Shown here: piece by piece, positions 53,884-63,751 of the stretch
Layout of the letters: each line of letters opens with the position of its first letter
Position numbering within the stretch: the stretch's first letter is position 1
Assembly: GCA_963705505.1 (NCBI GenBank)
Contig: CAVPJU010000008.1
Location: 1-64,000, forward strand
Reading direction: 5' to 3'
Source: an uncultured bacterium
Lineage (GTDB): Bacteria > Desulfobacterota_D > UBA1144 > Nemesobacterales > UBA2774
Length of the DNA: 64,000 nt
Position numbers and translations under genes: made by a program
The notes under the pieces: generated by a model
Databases searched by the model: none
Told to the model about the DNA's origin: nothing
Seen by the model: the letters and a program-made list of their open reading frames with translations, nothing else

Positions 53884-54831
53884 TCAGGAAGCGGACGAGC
53901 GAAGCTCCGGCGAAGCGTCCTCCGCATAGAGCCTGCCCTGATACGTATCCCTTCTTTCGAGCTCCGCCTCAATCCCTCTTATCACCTCGATATGCGATTT
54001 ATTCCATCCGGGGGCGATAAGCAGGCTCCTCGGCGTGTCGGTGAAAAAGCGCTCGACGACTATCCGGGGCGAGAGCCTCTCAAGAAAACGCACGATAAAA
54101 TCCAGGTATTCCTCGTACCCGAAAAGCTCAAACGGGCTTTCTTTATACATCCTGGCGAGCGGCGTGTTTTTCACGATGTGCAGGTTGTGAATCTTCAGGC
54201 AGTCTATACCGAGAGCGGACACCTCGCGAGCCATCGCGAGCATCTCCTCCCTCGTCTCGGTCGGCATGCCGAGTATGATATGCGCCCCGAGCTCGAACCC
54301 CCTGCCCCTGGACATATCTATTGCGTCGAGGACAGACATGTAATCATGCCCCCTGTTCATGAATTCGAGCGACTTGTCGTACACGGACTCTATGCCGTAT
54401 TCGAGAGAGACGTAGCACTCGCGGGCGAGCCTCTCGAATATATCTATCTTCTCCTCGTCCATGCAGTCGGACCTCGTACCCACTGCGATCCCCACGACGC
54501 CGTCATACTTAAGCGCCTCTCTGTACATCCCTTCCAATTTCCCGGCCTCATCGTAAGTGTTCGTATATGCCTGGAAATAGACGATGAACTTTTCCGCCTT
54601 GAACCTTCTTCTCAGGTAATCCATGCCGCTCGTGATCTGGTCGTGCATGGAATAGCGGGCGCGGGCGTAAGGAGGGACGAAGCTGTCGTTATTGCAGTAA
54701 ACGCAGCCGCCGCGCGTGATGCTCCCGTCCCTGTTCGGGCAAGTGAACCCCATATCGACCGAGACCTTGTTCACACGGCACCCGAACCTCTCTTTGAGAT
54801 AATCGTGGTATGAGTTGTAGCGTTTGTTCAT
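53884..54831 (-). CDS. Radical SAM protein, YhcC/TIGR01212 family
   Basis: GFTCPNRDG...GGCVYC, YFQAYTNTY, KIHNLHIVK.T. Confidence 0.92.
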   Translation of the reverse strand: MNKRYNSYHDYLKERFGCRVNKVSVDMGFTCPNRDGSITRGGCVYCNNDSFVPPYARARYSMHDQITSGMDYLRRRFKAEKFIVYFQAYTNTYDEAGKLEGMYREALKYDGVVGIAVGTRSDCMDEEKIDIFERLARECYVSLEYGIESVYDKSLEFMNRGHDYMSVLDAIDMSRGRGFELGAHIILGMPTETREEMLAMAREVSALGIDCLKIHNLHIVKNTPLARMYKESPFELFGYEEYLDFIVRFLERLSPRIVVERFFTDTPRSLLIAPGWNKSHIEVIRGIEAELERRDTYQGRLYAEDASPELRSSAS

Positions 54832-54945
54832 GCCTTACTGAAACAATGTAATTATATTGAGTTTCCTGCTGATATTATACAGGTTATGGAGGGTAGTATC
54901 ATATCGTCAAAAACACTCGAACAGGTTCAGTCGCTTAACCGAACT

Positions 54946-55113
54946 GTCATTGCGAGCGCAGCGCGGCAATCTCACATTTAGCCCTCAATTCCCTCCTCAG
55001 AAAAAGAATCCGCCATCCGCCAACCTTCCCGAACATATACCCCGCGGAGCTTGGCGGATTGGCGGAAACTTCCATGAAAAAAAGATGAGATTCCGGGTCA
55101 AGCCCGGAATGAC
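54946..55113. repeat. Composite REP-like element: GTCA-tagged ends around an internal palindrome
   Basis: GTCATTGCGAGCGCAGCGCGGCAATCT ... TCCGCCATCCGCCAA/TTGGCGGATTGGCGGA ... AGATTCCGGGTCAAGCCCGGAATGAC. Confidence 0.78.
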
Positions 55114-55174
55114 AAGGTAAGTTAGGCTGAGGGGTGAAACAGAAATCGTACATGAGCACACATTGTGTGCCCCC

Positions 55175-55852
55175 TCACACCATCCCCGCCGACGGGCAGA
55201 GGTGGCTTATCGCGCATTCCCCGCATCTCGGCTTCCTGGCGAAGCAGACCGTCCTCCCGTGGTCGCCGAGCGCGTTCGAGAAGAATGTCCATTTCTTTTC
55301 CGGTATAAGCGCCCTCAAGTCATACTCTATTTTCTCGGGATCCGTGTGTGATGTGAGCTTGAGCCTTTTTGAGAGCCTCATGATATGCGTATCGACGATT
55401 ATCCCGGGTATGCCGAAGTAATTCCCGAGCACGACGTTCGCCGTCTTCCTCCCCACACCGGCGAGCTTCGTCAGCTTCTCCATCGACGCCGGAACCTCGC
55501 CCCCGTACTGCTCAACAAGCGCTTTGGCGCAGTTTAGTATGGATTTAGCTTTGGCCCTGAAAAACCCGCAGGAATGTATCTCTTCCTCGAGCTCCGCCCT
55601 GTCCGCGGCGGCGAAACGGGAGGCGGTCGGGTACTTCCTGAAGAGGTCCTTCGTCACCTCGTTCACCCTCTTGTCCGTGCACTGGGCCGACAATATGCAC
55701 CCGATCAGGAGCTCGAGAGCATTTGAGTAGTCGAGGTGGCATTTTGCTTCCGGGTACTCCTCACCGAGAATCCGGAGTATCGAGAGCGCCCTCTTTTTCT
55801 TTTCCGCGGGACTTTCTCTCCCGCTTATCTTTTTAATCCCTTTTTCAGCCAT
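55175..55852 (-). CDS. nth: Endonuclease III
   Basis: LSAQCTD..VN, L.GVGRKTANVV, VDTH, C-x6-CxxC-x5-C cluster. Confidence 0.96.
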   Translation of the reverse strand: MAEKGIKKISGRESPAEKKKRALSILRILGEEYPEAKCHLDYSNALELLIGCILSAQCTDKRVNEVTKDLFRKYPTASRFAAADRAELEEEIHSCGFFRAKAKSILNCAKALVEQYGGEVPASMEKLTKLAGVGRKTANVVLGNYFGIPGIIVDTHIMRLSKRLKLTSHTDPEKIEYDLRALIPEKKWTFFSNALGDHGRTVCFARKPRCGECAISHLCPSAGMV

Positions 55853-55861
55853 CTCAAGGAT

Positions 55862-55897
55862 AAAAAAAAGGGGACATGCCGCGGGCACATCCCCTTT
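55862..55897 (-). terminator. Rho-independent terminator after ferredoxin
   Basis: AGGGGATGTGCC-loop-GGCATGTCCCC followed by a T-run on the minus strand. Confidence 0.8.
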
Positions 55898-55936
55898 CGC
55901 TTTTATTTTCGAATTCAGTCCCCGCGCCGGGAAAGC

Positions 55937-56203
55937 TCAATCCTTGCGGGCGGGCTCGAGACCTTCCTTGCCTTCGAAGAAATCCGCATTCTTGGCAGTA
56001 TATTCGTTCCATTTTTCGGGGAGCTCGTCCTCATGAAAGATTGCATCGACCGGACACGGGTCCACGCAGGCTCCGCAGTCTATACACTCTTCGGGATGAA
56101 TGAATAACTGGTCTTCGCCCTCGTATATGCAGTCAACGGGGCACGCTTCAACACAGGCTTTATCCTTAACTCCTATGCATGGCTCCGCAATAATGTACGC
56201 CAT
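55937..56203 (-). CDS. fdxA: 7Fe (3Fe-4S/4Fe-4S) ferredoxin
   Basis: [18 protein letters not shown] and [13 protein letters not shown]. Confidence 0.92.
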   Translation of the reverse strand: MAYIIAEPCIGVKDKACVEACPVDCIYEGEDQLFIHPEECIDCGACVDPCPVDAIFHEDELPEKWNEYTAKNADFFEGKEGLEPARKD

Positions 56204-56324
56204 TCTGAATACCTCCGAATAATTGTAATGTTTAATATACTTAATGCGCCTTTGAGGCGCAAGGAAACAATAGGTTATTACCTTGCAGAGGTCCCGTCAG
56301 CACATTGTAAATTTAAAGACGTTC

Positions 56325-56825
56325 TTACTTTTTATTTTGTCCCGCGTCCTGAGCGCCGTTAGTGCTGTCTCCCTGCTTCTTGCCCTGTCCCTCTGTCGGT
56401 TTTTCCCCGCTTATGGTCCCGGTCGCTTTTCCGTCTCCGGGCTTCGTACCGGTTTCGTTCGCTGCCGGTGTCTCAGGCGAAGTCGCCTTCCCTCCCGGAG
56501 CGGTAACGCCGGCAGGGGCTTCTCCCTGCGGCGCTTTCTCTTCTACGGCCGGCTGCCCTTCATCGGTAATTACGGACTTGCTCACCGAGCTTGCAGCGAA
56601 ATATCCGAGCGAAAGGGATGTCAGCATGAACAGTATCGCGAGTCCCCTCGTCACCTTGACTAGGAACGGCACCGCGCCGCTCGAGCCGAAAATGGATTCG
56701 CTCGTCCCGCCGCCGAATATCGATCCCAGGTCCCCGCTCTTTCCGGGCTGCAGCAATACTACTATGATGAGCAGTATGCTCACGATTATATGAATTATCT
56801 TTACGGAAAATAATATTAATTCCAC
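56325..56825 (-). CDS. secG: Preprotein translocase subunit SecG with long low-complexity tail
   Basis: LIIVVLLQ.GK..D.G..FGGG, FLVKVT; directly after tpiA. Confidence 0.93.
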   Translation of the reverse strand: MELILFSVKIIHIIVSILLIIVVLLQPGKSGDLGSIFGGGTSESIFGSSGAVPFLVKVTRGLAILFMLTSLSLGYFAASSVSKSVITDEGQPAVEEKAPQGEAPAGVTAPGGKATSPETPAANETGTKPGDGKATGTISGEKPTEGQGKKQGDSTNGAQDAGQNKK

Positions 56826-56827
56826 TT

Positions 56828-57586
56828 TTACTCTCCTGCTGTCTCGATTATGCCCGCCATAGACTCCGCCCTCAGGCTTGCGCCTCCGACGAGCGCGCCG
56901 TCTATATTCGGCTCTGCAAGAAACTCCCTGATATTTTCTTCATTAACGCTCCCCCCGTAAACGATCCTTATGCGGGAGGCTGTATCCCCCAATATATTAC
57001 CCGCAATTTCGCGGATTGTACCCTGCACGAATTCCGCTTCCGCAGGGGTCGCGTGATGGCCGGTCCCTATAGCCCATACGGGCTCGTAAGCGATCACAAA
57101 ACCTGCCGGGTCGTCGATGCCGATTCCGGCAAGAGCCTTTTCCACCTGCCCGTCCACGGTCTTTATGGTCTTCCCGTGCTCCTTCTCCTCGAGCGTCTCG
57201 CCGACGCATACGATCACGTTTAGCCCGCGCCCGAGGGATGCGCCTATCTTTTTCCTCACCATATCGTCCGTCTCGCGGAGTATATGCCTCCTTTCCGAAT
57301 GGCCGATGATTACCCACGAGCAGCCGGCATCGGCTAGCATACCGGGTGAAATCTCACCTGTAAACGCCCCTTTCTCCTCCCAGAATACGTCCTGGGCCCC
57401 GAGCATTATGCCGGTCCCCCTGAGCTCCTGCCCGACGACGTCGAGCGCCGTAAACGGGGGAGCCAGTATTATATCAATTTTTTCGGCATACCCTTTCGTA
57501 CTTTCCACGACCCCGCGCGCAAGCTCCCTCGCCTCCCCCCTCAGCATATTCATCTTCCAATTGCCTGCAATAAGCGTTTTTCTCAT
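56828..57586 (-). CDS. tpiA: Triosephosphate isomerase
   Basis: AGNWKMN, GHSERR, AYEPVWAIG, YGGSV, LVGGASL all intact. Confidence 0.97.
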   Translation of the reverse strand: MRKTLIAGNWKMNMLRGEARELARGVVESTKGYAEKIDIILAPPFTALDVVGQELRGTGIMLGAQDVFWEEKGAFTGEISPGMLADAGCSWVIIGHSERRHILRETDDMVRKKIGASLGRGLNVIVCVGETLEEKEHGKTIKTVDGQVEKALAGIGIDDPAGFVIAYEPVWAIGTGHHATPAEAEFVQGTIREIAGNILGDTASRIRIVYGGSVNEENIREFLAEPNIDGALVGGASLRAESMAGIIETAGE

Positions 57587-58776
57587 CTGATCCGGTTCTC
57601 GAGTGCCGTAATCGCGGGCAGAGTCTTATGCTTTATAAACTCGAGAGCCGCCTCCCCTCCGCTGGACAGATAACTCTTCCCGGCTTCGAGTCCCATATCC
57701 GTGAGAGCGTTAAGCGTGCTCTCCCCCACTATCCCGCTCCACGCATCCGACTCCTGGAGCGCCCTTGCAAACGCGGCTGTGCCCTCTCCGAACCCGGCCC
57801 GCTCGTACATGCCCAGGGGCCCGTTCCAGAGAACCGTTCGCGCTCTTGAGATATGCTTTGCGAACTGCAGGCGTGTTTCGGGTCCGATATCTACTACCAT
57901 GGAGTCATTCGGGATACGGCCGCCGGAAATTATATAGGATGCGGGTTCATTGTTCAAATCCCCCCTTACGGCGATGAAGTCCTCGGGGATTACAAATCTA
58001 ATGTCCCTCGACAAGGCGGAGGATATGAGCTTCTTCGCGCTGTAAATCGTGCCCTCGTCTATATCCGAACGGCCGATCTCTTTACCGAGCGCTTTAAGGA
58101 AAGTGTTGGCGAGGGCGCCCCCGACTAAAAATGTGTCGGCCCTGTCCATGAGACTCTCCATGAGCTCGATTTTCCCGGGCGAGCAGCTCCCTCCGATCAC
58201 GGCAGCGAAAGGACGCTCGGGATTTTCGAAGCGGCCGAGGTTCTGCATTTCGTCCTTGAACCTGAGCCCGACGCATACGGTATCGAAGCAATCGGCAATG
58301 GCGAGCGTGGAAGCCCTCTTCTGATGTGATACCGAGAAAGCCTCGTTGACGTATATGTCCCCCACCTCGGAGAGCTTCCTCGCGAACTCGGGGTTATTGG
58401 CGAGCTCGCCCTTATGGAACTCAAGGTTCTCCAGCAGCATGACGCAGCTTGACAGCATGTCTCCGGATATTTTCCTGACGGCGTCCCCGATCGAGTTTTC
58501 AGGGAAGTATATCTCGCAGTCGAGGAGCTCGGAGAGCTTGCTGCCCAGGGGTTCGAGCGAGTATTTCCGGCTCATCCTGCCTCCGGCCCCGCTCAGGTGA
58601 GACGCTATAATCACCCTCGCCTTCTGACCTATGGCGTATCTTATCGTGGGGAGCGCGAGGTGGAGCTTCCGGGCGTCCTCGATTTCCCCCGAGCGGGAGA
58701 TGGGCACGTCGAAATCGACCCTTATAAGCAGCTTTTTATCCCTGATATCAATTTCTGCGATCGACGGTATTGTCAT
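57583..58776 (-). CDS. pgk: Phosphoglycerate kinase homolog with degenerate active site
   Basis: PGK fold motifs RVDF.VP, SHL, LLENL.F, DIGP.T, WNGPLG.YE and position before tpiA, but key residues are substituted. Confidence 0.85.
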   Translation of the reverse strand: MTIPSIAEIDIRDKKLLIRVDFDVPISRSGEIEDARKLHLALPTIRYAIGQKARVIIASHLSGAGGRMSRKYSLEPLGSKLSELLDCEIYFPENSIGDAVRKISGDMLSSCVMLLENLEFHKGELANNPEFARKLSEVGDIYVNEAFSVSHQKRASTLAIADCFDTVCVGLRFKDEMQNLGRFENPERPFAAVIGGSCSPGKIELMESLMDRADTFLVGGALANTFLKALGKEIGRSDIDEGTIYSAKKLISSALSRDIRFVIPEDFIAVRGDLNNEPASYIISGGRIPNDSMVVDIGPETRLQFAKHISRARTVLWNGPLGMYERAGFGEGTAAFARALQESDAWSGIVGESTLNALTDMGLEAGKSYLSSGGEAALEFIKHKTLPAITALENRIR

Positions 58777-59927
58777 TGTGTCTTCTTTTTCGTTTTGCCG
58801 AGATACTCTCCGAGCCTCCTCATCCCCTCCTCTATGTCGGATACGGAAGCGGCGTAGGAGAACCTGAGATAGCCCTCTCCGCCCTCCCCGAAGTCTATAC
58901 CGGGAGTGACGGCGACATGCGCGTTCTCGAGTATATCGAACGCGAGCCTGTGGGAGTCGGGGTCTATGCCGGAAGCATTTACGAACACGTAAAAAGCCCC
59001 CTGCGGCTCTGTTTTAAGGGTGAACCCGAGCTCCGTGAGCCCTTCTATCATTGCCCGCCTCCTGAGGTCGAATTCCCCGACCATCCGGAGCGCATCGGTC
59101 TTCCCGCGCCTTATTGCCGCGGCGCCCGCCCTCTGCACGAAAGGGTTCGGTGAAATGAAGAGGTTCTGCTGGAGCTTCTGCACGGGGCGGACGAACTCAT
59201 CGGGCACTATAAAATACCCGAGCCTCCATCCGGTCATCGAATAGAGCTTCGAAAAACCGTTCACGGCTATGGCCTCCTCCGTGAACTCGAATATCGTCCT
59301 CGCCTCGCCGCCGTATTGAATGCCGTGGTATATCTCGTCCGAGATAACGAATATGCCGAGCGAGGCAACGTCCCCGATTACGCCGGGCATTAGCACCGCT
59401 CCGGTGGGGTTTGCGGGCGAGTTTATCAAAATTGCCTTAGTCTTCGGGGTGACCGCTTTTTTTAATCCGGCTATATCGATCTGATAACCCTCTTCCTCGT
59501 ACACCCTCACCGTCCTGGGCACGCCTCCCGCTATCATTATCAGCTGCGGGTAGCATGCGTAATGCGGGTCCGTGATTATCACCTCGTCCCCCGGATCGAG
59601 CAGTGCGAGCATAGCGAGGAATAACGCGGGCGAGCTGCCCATCGTGATAATAACCCTTCCGGGAGAGATACTGACTCCGTATGTTTTTTCATAATCCTCG
59701 GAGATAGCCTCCCTCAGCTCAGGTATCCCGAGGCTGTGCGTATATTTCGTGTCCCCTTCCTTTATCGCTTTAACCGCTTCGTCGCAAATCACGGCGGGCG
59801 TGGGGAAATCAGGCTCTCCGACTTCGAAGTGTATGACACTCCCGCCCCGGGACTCAATCTCCTTCGCCCTCTCCAGCACTTCCATCACGTAAAATGGGGA
59901 AATATTTTCCGAAAGCTTGGACGGCAT
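58773..59927 (-). CDS. Class I/II PLP aminotransferase (aspartate aminotransferase-like)
   Basis: GEPDF, NSPANPTG, SDEIY, GFSKLYSMTGWRLG. Confidence 0.93.
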   Translation of the reverse strand: MPSKLSENISPFYVMEVLERAKEIESRGGSVIHFEVGEPDFPTPAVICDEAVKAIKEGDTKYTHSLGIPELREAISEDYEKTYGVSISPGRVIITMGSSPALFLAMLALLDPGDEVIITDPHYACYPQLIMIAGGVPRTVRVYEEEGYQIDIAGLKKAVTPKTKAILINSPANPTGAVLMPGVIGDVASLGIFVISDEIYHGIQYGGEARTIFEFTEEAIAVNGFSKLYSMTGWRLGYFIVPDEFVRPVQKLQQNLFISPNPFVQRAGAAAIRRGKTDALRMVGEFDLRRRAMIEGLTELGFTLKTEPQGAFYVFVNASGIDPDSHRLAFDILENAHVAVTPGIDFGEGGEGYLRFSYAASVSDIEEGMRRLGEYLGKTKKKTQ

Positions 59928-60386
59928 GGGGTTTTATTCTATTTGCAAAGCCGGGGGTTGTCTAGGTGAACGGGCTCCCATAGCTTAAGAGGTGCGCCGT
60001 TCCGAGGCGAGGCGCGGTAATCTGGTTTTTATTTTTTCTTTCCCCGACATTACAGAATTTGCGTTAAGAAAATCACGTGTTTAAGCGTGAAAATCTTTCA
60101 GCTTCCCATTTGAAAGATTTTAGATTAAACACAAGATTTTTAGCATAATTCTGTAGTCGGATGATTTTTGCTTCTTTCCAGGCTAGGCAGACTCCGCCCT
60201 GACGATTCATCAAGGAAAAGAAGGATAAAAAAATAGCATTCCTCCTTGTCTTTATAAGCGTGGTGAAACGCAGCACGGCGGTCACATACAAAGAAAAGAC
60301 CGCTCCTCGTCAGGAGGTCATCATCAATACGGCCTCCTGATCTACTCTTTTCTATTTATCATCGCATACAATACATACCGTCAGCG

Positions 60387-62093
60387 TCATTCCTCAGTCG
60401 CCGCGGGCTCCAACGTGGGCTGCGGCGTGGGCTGGGGATTGCCGCTGCTGCTGCAGAGCGTGACTACGTAATTTATATCGTCGCCCTGACAGGTAAAGAG
60501 CGCGTTCGCGAGACCTATCACCTGGTTCCCGTCGTCGAACGACCACGCGTATGCGCCCGCCTGATTCCCTCCCGTATTATCCCCGCACGCAGTGTGGACG
60601 TTATCGATGTACGCCGTCGTCTTTTTTGTCCCGCCGTCGTACGTCGGCCACGCGGCGGTCCTGTTCAGGTTCGTATCGCACTGTCCGTACGGGTCGCACA
60701 TATTCAGGGGAGAGTCGCAGCAGGGCGGGGTCGAGTTGCCCGTAGGCTGCACGTTCGTATTTACAGCGCATGTGGTAGGCGAGCTCATGGCACAGCTATT
60801 GGCATTATCCCCGAAGCTGGTCATGCACACGCCCCACGCGTCATTGTTAGTCCACGGCGTTATGTCATAGTCGGAGGAAACGCAGCCAAGCCTGTTCGCG
60901 TCGGCCGTGCTCAGTGAATCGAGCGGCGGAAGCCCTATCGAGGCCATATTGAACGGCGAGAGGCATGTGCCGATCTCACCCCCCGTGCTCTGCACAAAGC
61001 CCCCTATATTGCCCGGCGCGTCAGGCTCGAAAACGTATGTGTCCCACGGGCATGTCGGCATCTCCGTACACCCGGCCCCGGCGCTCCCGCAGCCGCTCTG
61101 ACAGGGCGCGGTTTCGATCAGCACGTTGAAGCCGGCGACGAATGAAACGTCATAATTATCCATACCGTTGCAGTTTTTGGGAATCCCTCCGTCGAACGTG
61201 AACTCGGCCAGAGAAGCGGGCTTGGGACCGTTTATCCCTCCGCAATTCTCGACGCCCGTAGTGCCGCCGCAATTGCCCGTTTCGCAGGTGAGGTTTCCAT
61301 TGGAGGCAGTACAGCCTGTCCGGGCAACAAGAATTCCCGAATCCCAGCAGTCGGGGATCGTCAATTCTCTTACGCCGCCAAGCCCGGTCGTATCGCCGGC
61401 CTTGGTCGGTATTTCCCACGTCGCGGTTCCGTCGGCGGCCCATGGGGGCGGCCCCACCCATGCGGAGTTGTTCGGGATTGTATTGCTCCCTTGCCCACCT
61501 TGCGGCCCGCAGTCGCCTATAGCGGGGGACCCGCTAGTGTTCGCCGCGCAGAGGAGAGGAGTGAAGCTTATGCTCTCCGCTCCAATCCATACCGATTCCG
61601 TACATTCGTTCACTATGCGTATCGTGTGTGTCCCGGCCGGTCCGGGCGAGGGGCACGGTACAGGCGCGGGAGTTGGTTCGGGCGTAGGTGCGGGTGTAGG
61701 CTCAGGGGTCGGAACCGGAGTGGGCACTGGAGTAGGTTCAGGAGTCGGTTCGGGTGTAGGCTCGGGTGTGGGCACGGGAGTCGGAACCGGCGTAGGCTGC
61801 GTTCCTATAACACAGGCAGCCGGGAGGTCGGACTCGCAGGTCGTGTCTTCGGTTACCTGTTGGACAGAGCCGCATGCGGCGGGATTGGTCAGGGTGCAGC
61901 AGGCAGCCAGGCCGCCTTCCGCGCAAACCTCGCAGCCCGAGTCCGAGCCAGTGAGGTCGCATGTCCGCAATTCCGTATCGTCGTCATCGCCTGAACTCTC
62001 CCCGGGCGTCTCGCATCCGCCGATGTTCCCTAGACCGATGATAACAAAGAGAGAATAGACCAGTAGAACGTGAATCCAGTTGGATTTATTCAT
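60387..62093 (-). CDS. Thaumatin (PR-5)-like domain lipoprotein with Cys-rich N-domain and PT/PE linker
   Basis: Lipobox-like [61 protein letters not shown]. Confidence 0.82.
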   Translation of the reverse strand: MNKSNWIHVLLVYSLFVIIGLGNIGGCETPGESSGDDDDTELRTCDLTGSDSGCEVCAEGGLAACCTLTNPAACGSVQQVTEDTTCESDLPAACVIGTQPTPVPTPVPTPEPTPEPTPEPTPVPTPVPTPEPTPAPTPEPTPAPVPCPSPGPAGTHTIRIVNECTESVWIGAESISFTPLLCAANTSGSPAIGDCGPQGGQGSNTIPNNSAWVGPPPWAADGTATWEIPTKAGDTTGLGGVRELTIPDCWDSGILVARTGCTASNGNLTCETGNCGGTTGVENCGGINGPKPASLAEFTFDGGIPKNCNGMDNYDVSFVAGFNVLIETAPCQSGCGSAGAGCTEMPTCPWDTYVFEPDAPGNIGGFVQSTGGEIGTCLSPFNMASIGLPPLDSLSTADANRLGCVSSDYDITPWTNNDAWGVCMTSFGDNANSCAMSSPTTCAVNTNVQPTGNSTPPCCDSPLNMCDPYGQCDTNLNRTAAWPTYDGGTKKTTAYIDNVHTACGDNTGGNQAGAYAWSFDDGNQVIGLANALFTCQGDDINYVVTLCSSSGNPQPTPQPTLEPAATEE

Positions 62094-62131
62094 TTTATCC
62101 CCTTCTACACACGATGAGTTTCTAAAACTAT

Positions 62132-62182
62132 TGCATCTATGATTCCAATGTATCTATAATTCCAATGCATTTATAATTCCAA
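62132..62182. repeat. Three tandem 17-bp direct repeats upstream of the thaumatin-like gene
   Basis: TGCATCTATGATTCCAA / TGTATCTATAATTCCAA / TGCATTTATAATTCCAA. Confidence 0.8.
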
Positions 62183-62411
62183 CACTCTATTACGGCTAAA
62201 AATACAGCCGGAAGGCATTTAGCACAATATATAAAATATTAAATATTGTCAGACTATATGATTAGTAAAAAAGCTTGTAAAACACTGCTCCCGTCACGGA
62301 CGCCGACGTATGCCGATCCCGGCAAAAGAAGGAGACACACACAATCCTTGAAAAGATATTCAAACATGAGATAATCTGAATTACGGTAGAACTTTTCAGG
62401 AGGCTGATGAT

Positions 62412-62849
62412 ATGAAATTAACGAGCCCCGATTTTGAAAACGAAGGCATGATACCGTCGGACCTGACGTGCGACGGCAGGGACGTATCACCCGAGCTTCT
62501 GATAACGGGAGTCCCGGAAGGGACGAAATCCCTCGCGCTCATAATGGACGACCCCGACGCCCCGAGAGGGACTTTCGTTCACTGGGTCGTATGGAACATA
62601 CCGGATGATACGAAAAGGATAGAGCGCGGGAAGGAGCCGAAAGGCAATCAGGGCACGACAGGCTTCGGAGGGAGAGGATACGGAGGGCCCTGCCCCCCGT
62701 CGGGCACGCACAGGTATTTTTTCAAGCTCTACGCGCTCGATGACGAGCTTCACCTGAAAGAAGGAGCAAGAAAAGAAGCGCTCGAGGAAGCAATGGACGC
62801 GCATATAATCGAAAAAACCGAGCTAATGGGGAAGTACCGGAGGAAGTAA
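62412..62849 (+). CDS. YbhB/YbcL family (PEBP/Raf kinase inhibitor-like) protein
   Basis: DDPDAP...HWVVWNI, YGGPCPP.G.HRY.F.LYALD. Confidence 0.95.
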   Translation: MKLTSPDFENEGMIPSDLTCDGRDVSPELLITGVPEGTKSLALIMDDPDAPRGTFVHWVVWNIPDDTKRIERGKEPKGNQGTTGFGGRGYGGPCPPSGTHRYFFKLYALDDELHLKEGARKEALEEAMDAHIIEKTELMGKYRRK

Positions 62850-62935
62850 GGCAATAAACACTTCAAATTATCGCACAAGAAATCTCATTAATCGTCGTTA
62901 CGAGGAACGGTTCTCGCGATGACAGAAAAGTACCT

Positions 62936-62960
62936 GTCATTCCCGAGAAATCGGGAATCC
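62936..62960 (+). repeat. GTCA-tagged REP-like palindrome
   Basis: GTCATTCCCGAGAAATCGGGAATCC between convergent genes. Confidence 0.8.
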
Positions 62961-63044
62961 ATTTCTTTTATTCGTCATTTCCTTTGATGTTTTTAATGAG
63001 GAGCTAAAACTTGCGGGTAAAGCAAAAAGCATGGAGGATGAAAA

Positions 63045-63620
63045 CTACATCACGGCGTATCTCTTCTCTTCTTTCCCGAGCGCCTTCTCTATCTTGCGCT
63101 TGAGGAGCTCGCGTTTAAGTCGCGAGAGCCTGTCGATGAATAGAATTCCGTCCATGTGGTCTATCTCGTGCTGGAATACCCGCGCAAGGAGGTCCTGGGC
63201 TTCTATCTCCATTAATCTGCCTTCCCTGTTGTAAGCCTCGATCGTTACCTTCTGCTTCCTCTTTACCTCGCTCACGAACCCCGGGATGCTCAGGCAGGCT
63301 TCCTCGCCGGTAACCTCGCCTTCCGAGGAGACTATCTCCGGGTTTATCAGCTCGATGAGCCCAGGCCCATCGTATTCTATTTTCTCTCCCTCGTCCTCGT
63401 CTTCATCATCCCCGTCCGTTTTCCTCGGGCTTACATCGATGACGACTATCCTTTTATCCACGCCGATTTGAGAAGCCGCGAGTCCCACCCCGCGTGCGTC
63501 GTACATGGTCTCCACCATATCGTCGAGCAGCTTCAGCACTTCTCCGTCGATCTCCTCGACAGGAGCGCATTTTTTTCTTAAATACGGGTCTGGATATAAA
63601 AGTATTTTCCGTAACGCCAT
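63045..63620 (-). CDS. def: Peptide deformylase
   Basis: GVGLAASQIG, EACLS, QHEIDHMDG. Confidence 0.96.
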   Translation of the reverse strand: MALRKILLYPDPYLRKKCAPVEEIDGEVLKLLDDMVETMYDARGVGLAASQIGVDKRIVVIDVSPRKTDGDDEDEDEGEKIEYDGPGLIELINPEIVSSEGEVTGEEACLSIPGFVSEVKRKQKVTIEAYNREGRLMEIEAQDLLARVFQHEIDHMDGILFIDRLSRLKRELLKRKIEKALGKEEKRYAVM

Positions 63621-63751
63621 AAAAAAAAGGCTATCGGATACGACTGGATTGTCAATGTATTCCGGATAGGTAAGCACGGCTCACGGGCGAAAATCCGCGC
63701 CCGGCTGTAAGAAACGTTAAGCCCGCCTAATACGGCTCGAACGGATTAAAG

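Noticed and set aside
61660..61800. 12-bp tandem repeats
   Set aside because: They encode the PTPE/PTPV linker of the thaumatin-like protein; not a separate element.
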